A DNA stretch of 64,000 nt from a virus. Shown piece after piece: positions 57,023 through 64,000 of this stretch; within the stretch, counting starts at the first letter, position 1; every line of letters starts with the position of its first letter. Location of the stretch: IMG/VR virus record IMGVR_UViG_3300043395_003072, positions 64,001 through 128,000 of that record, one strand, 5' to 3'. Both the position numbers and the translations under genes were made by a program. The notes under the pieces were generated by a model that saw only the letters and a program-made list of their open reading frames with translations, was not told where the DNA came from and did not search any database.

Positions 57023-58360
57023 TCAGAGGTTAGCGCGAACAGCAGCCTCAGTGAGATCAGCAATATCGCTAGGAGCAGCATCGATTGAGCCATCCCAGCG
57101 GTTCTCAGCGCGCTTGACGTTCTTGAAGACGCCAACGCCTTGACCCTCATGAGCAACAGCAAAGCCGTAACGCTCACGGATCTTGACCTTGACAGTCTCA
57201 GTGTTCTCATCGCGCCACTCAACAGTAGTAGCCTCCTCGTCAACGAGGTGGAAACCAACGTTACCTGAAGAGAGAAGGAAGATATCGCCAGTCTCTGACT
57301 CAGGATCGTAGGGGCAGAGAGGAGATACAATGATACGGAAGTTAAAGGGGAAGTAGCTGGGGAGCTTAGGAGCAGAGGTCATCATCTGACTACGCTCAAG
57401 GTTACCAGTTACAGACTCACCTGAAGCTCCAACACCAGAAGTACCAATGCCGCGAGGGTTGACAACGCGAGTGCCCATTGTAGGACCGCGTGAACCCATT
57501 GAGCCATTGCTGTAAGGAGCAAGAGGACCGGGATCGCCAGTGTAGGGATTGAAGATTGAGCCGCCACCATGAGCAAGCATCATTGTACGGAGTACAGGAT
57601 CTTGAACAAAGGTGTAGTAGAAGAGGGGGTGCATAAGTAGGGTGTCAGGAGTGAAACCCTCCTCGCTCATGTGAGCCATTGCACGCATGAGGTTCTCCAT
57701 GGTTAGAGAGCCATTAGCGACAAGCTGACCACCAACAAGGCCACGACCGCTGCAAACGCCATAGATTGACTGCGCAGGATTGAGGTTGTCAAAGAGTGAA
57801 GTGCCGAGTTGCTTGAGGAAAGCAACAGCCTTCTGCTCCTTGTGACGAACGAGAGCAGCGCCCATGAGCTCGAGGTTCTTGGCCATGATATCGAAAGTGC
57901 TGTAACGGAGAGCCTCATCGGTGAAGCTTGCAGCGATACCGCTCTTACCGATATAAGCAGTGCTTACAGCGCCACCCATCTGGAAGCTTACCTCAGGGTA
58001 AGTACCAGACTCTTGCACGTCGCCAGCGTAAACAGCGCCCATTGCGCCAGCAAGGATCTGAGTATTGAGACCCTTAGCAGCTACGCGAGTAAAGAGGGGT
58101 GTGATGGTGAGCATAGGCTCTACGGGCTCACGAATAAGGATCTCCATTGACTCCTGAAGGAAAGGAGTAATCTCTGAAGAAGAGATTGCATCACGATTCT
58201 TGGGAGAGATGGTATTCGCAAAAGACTCCCAACTTACAGATTGCTCTGAGTCAGGAAGCTCACCGCGATTACGAATCATGTCTGCGAGATAACGAGCAGC
58301 AGCCTTGCGTGAACTAGGAAGCTGAAGCTCCATGCCGTCAGTTAGCTTTAATGTAGCCAT
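57023..58360 (-). CDS. major capsid protein (HK97 fold)
   Basis: IREPVEP, VQESGTYPE, IGKSGIAASFTDEALRYS.FDIM...MG.ALVRHKEQKA, PDTLLMHP and KIRERYGFAV motifs. Strongest codon bias. Followed by a terminator. Confidence 0.92.
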   Translation of the reverse strand: MATLKLTDGMELQLPSSRKAAARYLADMIRNRGELPDSEQSVSWESFANTISPKNRDAISSSEITPFLQESMEILIREPVEPMLTITPLFTRVAAKGLNTQILAGAMGAVYAGDVQESGTYPEVSFQMGGAVSTAYIGKSGIAASFTDEALRYSTFDIMAKNLELMGAALVRHKEQKAVAFLKQLGTSLFDNLNPAQSIYGVCSGRGLVGGQLVANGSLTMENLMRAMAHMSEEGFTPDTLLMHPLFYYTFVQDPVLRTMMLAHGGGSIFNPYTGDPGPLAPYSNGSMGSRGPTMGTRVVNPRGIGTSGVGASGESVTGNLERSQMMTSAPKLPSYFPFNFRIIVSPLCPYDPESETGDIFLLSSGNVGFHLVDEEATTVEWRDENTETVKVKIRERYGFAVAHEGQGVGVFKNVKRAENRWDGSIDAAPSDIADLTEAAVRANL

Positions 58361-58394
58361 ATTATATTAATCCTTTTTGTATAATTCTAATATA

Positions 58395-59663
58395 TTATTG
58401 GAGCTTGACGTTGATGACAGCGATCTCGTCAGCAACGGTCTCACCAAAGTGAGCAGGGAAAGTGATGAGGTCAGAGAAGCCACCAGTTGCGCTACCAGGC
58501 ATCTTGGCAGTAGCATCGAACTCATCGCCATCCCAACCAGTACGAACGCGCTCAAGGTGACCACGAGGCTCCTTGAACATTGCAAGCAGACGACCCACTA
58601 CGAGGTGATCAGCATGATCCTCATCGCTAGCAACTACGAAGTTGCTCATCGCGTCGAAGCTTACGAAATCGCCAGGACGACCATCGCCAACGAACATCAC
58701 CATACGCTCCTGAGAAGAAGCTGCAAGGGTATAATCAAACACTGAGAAGCCAGTGAGTCCAGTAGGAAGCCCATTGCCACCTTGCTCCCAAAGGAGAATG
58801 ATTCCAGCGTCAGCATCAAGAGTCCAATCGCCAAGCTTAGCAAGTAAACTAACATCTGCACGATGACGAGTAGAAGCCATTCCGCTCACAGTCACAGGGG
58901 TGCGTGAAGTGTGTGAAGCGACCTTGCCAAGTCTGAGATCATAACCAACAACATTGTCGCCAGAAGCAATGAGTCCAGCATAGCGAGGCATTGCTGAGAG
59001 CTCCGCTGAGGTAAGAAGTGTTGCTGCGCCAACAAGTACAGTAGTAGCTTCCTCAGCACAAACGTGAGCAGCCTTCATCTGGATATCAGTGAAGAACTGA
59101 ATTAGATGCTGCTTCTGATAGTTGGTGAAGTGAAGGTTTGCAGGATCGTCACCAGCCCAGACAAATACGTCATAGGCAAGGATACCTACAGGAGCAGAAA
59201 TGAATGCGCGAGCAATTGCCTTTGCGCCAGCAAGATCATCAGCAGCCTCATCAAAAGAAGTACCTGCCCAACCAGAAGCCTTCACTGCAGTTGCAAAGTC
59301 CTCAAGGCTTACAGTGTCAGCAGCTGTAACGAATGCGCCAGTACGAATATCAATTACGCGAGCAGCAACATCGTTAGCAGTATACTCAAGAATTGTGTCC
59401 GCAAGTGCGCCAGCATCAAGGCAACGACGGAGAAGCCCTGAAGGAACAACTCTGCCAGCGCCGTCAAGGCTTACAACCTTGCCAGAAGACATAACAAAGT
59501 AATCCTTGCTACGCTCATTCTGCCAAAGTACGGGAAGCCAAGCAGCAGGCTTCCACTCGCCGTGAGGAACTGAAGCGTTCATCTGCACGACGTTATTGGG
59601 TGTTAAGTGATCCATTAGATCAGTACGGGTCTTGAAACGACTCTGGAAGCGACTAATAGCCAT
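58395..59663 (-). CDS. head decoration / capsid cement protein
   Basis: Between protease and MCP, with the same high-expression codon bias as MCP. GKVVSLDG.G and PGDFV..D...NFV...VVGR beta-tulip-like segments. AGGAG SD. Confidence 0.7.
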   Translation of the reverse strand: MAISRFQSRFKTRTDLMDHLTPNNVVQMNASVPHGEWKPAAWLPVLWQNERSKDYFVMSSGKVVSLDGAGRVVPSGLLRRCLDAGALADTILEYTANDVAARVIDIRTGAFVTAADTVSLEDFATAVKASGWAGTSFDEAADDLAGAKAIARAFISAPVGILAYDVFVWAGDDPANLHFTNYQKQHLIQFFTDIQMKAAHVCAEEATTVLVGAATLLTSAELSAMPRYAGLIASGDNVVGYDLRLGKVASHTSRTPVTVSGMASTRHRADVSLLAKLGDWTLDADAGIILLWEQGGNGLPTGLTGFSVFDYTLAASSQERMVMFVGDGRPGDFVSFDAMSNFVVASDEDHADHLVVGRLLAMFKEPRGHLERVRTGWDGDEFDATAKMPGSATGGFSDLITFPAHFGETVADEIAVINVKLQ

Positions 59664-59697
59664 ATTTATTCTCCTAAAAGATTAAATCTTTTTTCTA

Positions 59698-60522
59698 TTA
59701 AAAATTCTTAGGATTAAAGCCACGGGGTAGGTATTTGGCTTGAGTTGAGAACCAATTGTCTGCGAACTCTTCACCATCTTTATTTAGGATATTTCTATAA
59801 GTATCTAGAACTTTTTTCTCATAAGCTCCCAGATTATCATCTAGGCTCTTAGTTGTAATAACAGTTGTATCTTCAGTAACTACTTTTTCTTCTTGTGCAT
59901 GATTAGAAGGATTCTCTACTTTTTTGTCAAGAATATTATTAGATACAGGATTATTGTTAATTTCAAGTTCATTTACAATATTATTATCTACAATATCAAT
60001 TTTTTCTTCTGTTTTATTATCAGAAGCCTTAACAAGATGATTTAGCAGTTCTTTGAATTGATTTGCAAGATTATCATACTTAGCTTGCAATTCTTCGAAA
60101 CGAACATCAAGTGAATCCTTACTCTCAGAAGACTCACAGCTCATTCTAGAAGCCTTCTTATTTACGCAAGCCATGATCTTAGCTTTGGTTGCATCAGAAG
60201 CCTTAGCTCTGCCAATCAAACGCTTAGCTGCAGTTACATGTGCGCAATCAGGGATGGGGAAGCTTCTGTTGGGTCCGCAGAAGGAAGACTCAGGTAATGA
60301 GTTGCGCTTCTCTGCCGAGAGCATTGCATCCATCTCAATTGTTAAGGCTTGTAATGCAAGATCAAGAATTTCCCAATCGATATCATCATCGACAACAACT
60401 TCAGAATCTTCCATATCAGGAGCTTCATCGAATTGAGCTTGCTGAGCCTCTGTAGGCTCATCAGCTACTTCAAGAAGATCCTCATTACCTTCTACTTGAA
60501 TATCTAGCTCTTCGTTATCCAT
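59698..60522 (-). CDS. putative scaffolding protein from in-frame internal start of the protease gene (274 aa)
   Basis: AAGGAG-AAGAAC-ATG at Met621. The product is acidic with a coiled coil. Confidence 0.5.
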   Translation of the reverse strand: MDNEELDIQVEGNEDLLEVADEPTEAQQAQFDEAPDMEDSEVVVDDDIDWEILDLALQALTIEMDAMLSAEKRNSLPESSFCGPNRSFPIPDCAHVTAAKRLIGRAKASDATKAKIMACVNKKASRMSCESSESKDSLDVRFEELQAKYDNLANQFKELLNHLVKASDNKTEEKIDIVDNNIVNELEINNNPVSNNILDKKVENPSNHAQEEKVVTEDTTVITTKSLDDNLGAYEKKVLDTYRNILNKDGEEFADNWFSTQAKYLPRGFNPKNF

Positions 60523-62382
60523 GTTCTTCTCCTTCTTCGCAGAACTCTTTTTAGGATGCCCTGCTGGTAATAGATCATTATCTACGGTGTATTTAGGGTT
60601 AGATGGTCTTCCACTAGCTACTAGCTTCAAGAACGCATTTACTCTAGCTACACCCCAACCAGAACGAGACATTCCAGGTCTATGTGTACTTGAGAATGCG
60701 CCGGCTCCTCTACGATATACAGCCTTGAGCATACCGAGAGAAACCTTCTTGCCTTTCTCACTGCCATGCTTTTCATTGTGAGCTTTAGCTTTCTCTTTCA
60801 GAGAGTTAAGCACAGAGCCAACTTCGATCTTTCCAGAAGCTTTAGAAGCAGAGCCTTCAGCATTAACCTTAGAGCCTTTGATTCTCTCGGAGGGCTTAGC
60901 TGGAGTCTTAGCTCCTTTCCCTTCAGGGGAGGAGCGAGAAGCGTCTTGGCTTAATGACTCAGTTTGGGCTGAGTCATTTGCGGCGCTGATCTTGATTGCC
61001 CAGTCAACTCCGGTAGTTCCTCCCCAGCCGAGCCAAGCTACGTAGCCTCTATCCTTCCAAGGCTCACTCTTGTACTCAGGAGCGACTACAGCGTTCTTCC
61101 TGTGCCTGTTAAACGCTGCCATGCGTTTAACTGTCGACAAGCCAATCTCAGCTTTGCTAGCCAGTTGTCTGGCTCGGGCCCAGCCAACCGGCGTCATTCC
61201 CTTAACTTCGGAGCCGTACTTAGCTTTCCAGTCGAGTACCTGTTGAGCATTCCCTTTTGCCCCGGCGGGGACTTTAAAGGTTTTCTCATCTTCGATCAGC
61301 CCTGTCAAGGAAAAAATCTCTTCCGTCTCCAGAAAATCTTTTTCCATGCTTCCAGAGTAAGTTACTTTAATAACCATTCTCTCTTTGCCTGAGCTTTGTT
61401 GAACATATGTCTCTCCATTCTCATGGAGCTCCATCATGTTTTGATCACTCAGAGCCATAGAGTGGTCATACTTTACTTCATCTTCTTTTTCTTCGCTGGA
61501 GCTTTCTTCTTCTTTGGTGGCATCATGGGTGCGTTCTTGGTTTGCTTGTAAGCCATTTTGATCTCCTGTATCAAATAGTGAATCGGTTAGAATGATTTCT
61601 TGTAGATTATCTCTCTTGGTATCTTGAGTATTATCAAGAGAGTCTGTGATTTCCATTGCTAGGACTTGTGATAGATCATCAGCAGGGGTATTAACAATAC
61701 TACCCTCAAGAACAATGAAGTCTCCTGTAATGAATACACAGGTTTCTCCATCGTATTGTTCGCCATGTCTATGCTCACAAATTCCGTCTGTAGCCCAGTC
61801 GTTGTCACAAATAGAGCATACGTGGCGGTTAGTAGTGCTGCCTGCGCTAAAAGTAAGATAGCGACCATCAAGAAACTTTTTAATCGCGTCTTCATCTGTG
61901 ATATTTGCCTGCACTCTCATGCGACCTAAGCCGGGCCACTTCTTATCATTTAAAAGGTTATTCTTCTTTAAAGACTGATAGATCCTCTTAGGATTGTCTT
62001 CAATAAAAGCGTTCCTAAAATCAACAAAAGAATCTTGGCTACTAAAGAACTGCTCTAACCCGTCAGTAGTCTCTTGCCAAACACCAGATACAAAACGACC
62101 TACAGGCTCGCTATGTTGATCATGGTTCTTTAAGATTGGCTTTGGATAGGGGTTAGTAAGAGAGTCAATACCTCTCTGTTGTCCTTGAGTAGAATAAACT
62201 CTGTTATTGATCTTTCTACCTGAATGAGAGAGATCATAAGTTACAAGCAAACCTTTTCCTTGAGTATAAGCTCTAGTAAGAAGAGAATCCGTTAAGACAA
62301 TCTTCTGCTCTTTATCTAAAGTTAAAATTCGTTCATCTGGATTGATTTGAATGTAATCATTATATTTAATAATTTTAGACAT
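59698..62382 (-). CDS. prohead maturation protease fused to accessory modules and scaffold
   Basis: PKPILKNHD..EPVGR (His), DGRYLTFSAG (Ser), CSIC...CEH Zn ribbon and EGSIVNTPAD. Position between portal and capsid genes. Confidence 0.85.
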   Translation of the reverse strand: MSKIIKYNDYIQINPDERILTLDKEQKIVLTDSLLTRAYTQGKGLLVTYDLSHSGRKINNRVYSTQGQQRGIDSLTNPYPKPILKNHDQHSEPVGRFVSGVWQETTDGLEQFFSSQDSFVDFRNAFIEDNPKRIYQSLKKNNLLNDKKWPGLGRMRVQANITDEDAIKKFLDGRYLTFSAGSTTNRHVCSICDNDWATDGICEHRHGEQYDGETCVFITGDFIVLEGSIVNTPADDLSQVLAMEITDSLDNTQDTKRDNLQEIILTDSLFDTGDQNGLQANQERTHDATKEEESSSEEKEDEVKYDHSMALSDQNMMELHENGETYVQQSSGKERMVIKVTYSGSMEKDFLETEEIFSLTGLIEDEKTFKVPAGAKGNAQQVLDWKAKYGSEVKGMTPVGWARARQLASKAEIGLSTVKRMAAFNRHRKNAVVAPEYKSEPWKDRGYVAWLGWGGTTGVDWAIKISAANDSAQTESLSQDASRSSPEGKGAKTPAKPSERIKGSKVNAEGSASKASGKIEVGSVLNSLKEKAKAHNEKHGSEKGKKVSLGMLKAVYRRGAGAFSSTHRPGMSRSGWGVARVNAFLKLVASGRPSNPKYTVDNDLLPAGHPKKSSAKKEKNMDNEELDIQVEGNEDLLEVADEPTEAQQAQFDEAPDMEDSEVVVDDDIDWEILDLALQALTIEMDAMLSAEKRNSLPESSFCGPNRSFPIPDCAHVTAAKRLIGRAKASDATKAKIMACVNKKASRMSCESSESKDSLDVRFEELQAKYDNLANQFKELLNHLVKASDNKTEEKIDIVDNNIVNELEINNNPVSNNILDKKVENPSNHAQEEKVVTEDTTVITTKSLDDNLGAYEKKVLDTYRNILNKDGEEFADNWFSTQAKYLPRGFNPKNF
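61473..61556 (-). CDS. possible overprinted 27-aa Lys-rich peptide inside the protease gene
   Basis: AGGAG-ATCAAA-ATG GCT, giving MAYKQTKNAPMMPPKKKKAPAKKKKMK* in an alternative frame. Confidence 0.35.
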   Translation of the reverse strand: MAYKQTKNAPMMPPKKKKAPAKKKKMK

Positions 62383-62415
62383 GAATTAACCTCTTTTGTA
62401 TTTAAAATAAATTAT

Positions 62416-63999
62416 TTATTTATTTATTTCAAGATTATGCAAAAGATCAAGTATATTTTTTCCAGATTCAATTTCTTTAAATAAAGATTCAACATCTGAG
62501 TTATATTTTGGAGCTAATCTCTCTCCATTTTGATTAGCAGGTCTTGATCTATTATTAGATAAGTTCCTAGCCCCTTGAGGCTCTCCAGGTTTAGCTCCTC
62601 TAGTCTCTCTAGAAACATTCATTGCTTGAGCCTCTTCTTTAGCAACACCTTCCTTAGTAATAGCTGAGGTTGGTGATTCTGCTAAGGCTTGTGAGCTTGC
62701 TGTGAATGCGCCCATAGTTTTTAATAAAGCTAATGGCTCCTGATAAAGCTTAAAGTAAGTTAAGTCTCTATCTGCATCCTCTACTGGTTGTTCTCCTAAA
62801 CGCTTACGAGCTTCTTTCTCACCAATGAGATTGTTAAGCCAAAGCTGAATAGTCTGGTTCTCATCTTTAGCGCGCTCTTCTTTATCTACAGTACCAAATC
62901 TAATATAAACCATCTTCTCTGGATTGGTTAAAGCATCATCATAACCGCCTTCTAGCAAAAGCTCATTAACCACGTAAGTCTCAATAAAAGTCTTAACATT
63001 CTTCTGTAAAGCTTCTACATCTTGAGTTGCTATCTTAGATAAAGTATTTGCAGTGCTTCTATTAGCCATATCACCTTCGCCCATATCTATAGGCGATACT
63101 CCAAGCCCTGCATAAACTCTCTTCTTAAAGTAATCTAAGTAATCTTTGATATCTAATGCTTTACCCTGTGCACCTACTACTTCAATATTATGTCTATGGT
63201 CAGATACAAATACGCCTCCAGAAGGCATATACTCGATTGTCTGCTTAACTAAGTCAGACTCCTTAATACCATCAGGACTATAACGCTCAGGCATATTATC
63301 GTTACCAACCTTGTAATGAAACAAAGGATGCAAGTTACTATCAATCATATTCTCAATAGACTCTTCCATCCTTCTAAGCAAAGCTAAATCTTCTAGTACT
63401 GGAAGTATCTCTGGAGTCCCCATAGTGAACCCAGGTTTTCTATTAGTATAGAAGTGAATAACATCTTCAGGAGAGAACTCTTTCCACTCACCAGTATTAG
63501 GTTGCTCTTGCATTACTTTCTTGATCTCGCCATTCCTCTTAATCTTAAACCAAAGATTCTCAAATGGCAGAATATAGTAACCTGCAACTGGATCTAAAGC
63601 AGCCCCATCTAGCTGTCTAATTTTGCCTGTAGATGCATCTTTACTACGCACCTTTACCCAGGCACAGTTAGAGTATCTAATGAGATCGTGGGCCAAATCA
63701 GACATCAATAAATCAAAGGGCTGACCAGAGACCAACTCGATCTCTTTAATCCTGCGCTTAATATAATCAACAGTCTCTCTGTCATTACCTACGAACTCCC
63801 AACCTGCTAAAACAAAGCGCTGTACTTTCTTTTGAATAGCTTTGAACAAGAAAGCATCAGTATCTTGAGCTATTTGAATTTCAGTTAAGTCGTACTCAGG
63901 CTTGAACCAATTACCTCTATGTCTATCTGCATAAGGCATAGACCTAGCATTGATTCGCTTGACGCGCACCCCAGAGATTCTTTCTGCATTAATAGGCTT
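62416..63999 (-). CDS. portal protein (5' end beyond window)
   Basis: DLIRYSNCAWVK, FSPEDVIHF....GFTMGTP, HPLFHYKVG, YLDYFKKRVYAGLGVS and VYIRFG portal-type pattern. The frame stays open to the window edge beyond the track's GTG at 63969. Confidence 0.88.
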   Translation of the reverse strand, partial: KPINAERISGVRVKRINARSMPYADRHRGNWFKPEYDLTEIQIAQDTDAFLFKAIQKKVQRFVLAGWEFVGNDRETVDYIKRRIKEIELVSGQPFDLLMSDLAHDLIRYSNCAWVKVRSKDASTGKIRQLDGAALDPVAGYYILPFENLWFKIKRNGEIKKVMQEQPNTGEWKEFSPEDVIHFYTNRKPGFTMGTPEILPVLEDLALLRRMEESIENMIDSNLHPLFHYKVGNDNMPERYSPDGIKESDLVKQTIEYMPSGGVFVSDHRHNIEVVGAQGKALDIKDYLDYFKKRVYAGLGVSPIDMGEGDMANRSTANTLSKIATQDVEALQKNVKTFIETYVVNELLLEGGYDDALTNPEKMVYIRFGTVDKEERAKDENQTIQLWLNNLIGEKEARKRLGEQPVEDADRDLTYFKLYQEPLALLKTMGAFTASSQALAESPTSAITKEGVAKEEAQAMNVSRETRGAKPGEPQGARNLSNNRSRPANQNGERLAPKYNSDVESLFKEIESGKNILDLLHNLEINK

Positions 64000-64000
64000 G

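Noticed and set aside
57016-59502. Alternative-frame and antisense ORFs over MCP and decoration genes (57016-57330, 57703-57918, 57809-58150, 58367-58585, 58377-58745, 59106-59441, 59200-59502)
   Set aside because: Expected by-products of strong codon bias, with Leu/Ser-rich nonsense composition. MCP ends in tandem TGA TAA, so no C-terminal extension is evident.
1-64000. CRISPR arrays, tRNA/rRNA genes, introns, homing endonucleases, transposases, DGR elements
   Set aside because: Intergenic gaps are all well under 100 nt, ORFs are uninterrupted, and I saw no repeat-spacer pattern or RT, HNH, GIY-YIG or transposase motifs by eye.
1-64000. Alternative genetic code
   Set aside because: The standard bacterial code already gives near-complete coding density with very long intact ORFs.

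Overview
This window is the virion morphogenesis module of a large AT-rich myovirus (contractile-tailed phage). It holds 36 tightly packed, mostly translationally coupled genes on the minus strand. Read right to left, they are: portal (5'-truncated), modular prohead protease/scaffold, head decoration protein, HK97-fold major capsid protein, Ig-domain and neck proteins, tail terminator, sheath, tube plus two tube paralogs, two tail-assembly-chaperone-like genes, two giant proteins (1478 and 3046 aa) in the tape-measure position, a hub/lysin with two M15 zinc peptidase domains, a second hub protein, gp25- and baseplate-J-like wedge proteins, a run of baseplate/fibre proteins and a holin-like gene. 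Two small plus-strand genes converge on it at the left edge. The main finding is that the 3046-aa protein carries, in the right order, the motifs of a single-chain two-barrel (DPBB) RNA polymerase, with a non-canonical GDFDAD active-site loop and about 1,300 aa inserted inside its catalytic barrel. It also shares a C-terminal motif with the adjacent 1478-aa protein, which suggests a virion-packaged, ejected transcription system. Other notable features are an antigen I/II-like alpha/polyproline stalk inserted in a tube paralog, and a polyprotein-like protease gene with a nested scaffold start and a possible overprinted basic peptide. All calls come from motif recognition and gene order by eye; no database searches were run.
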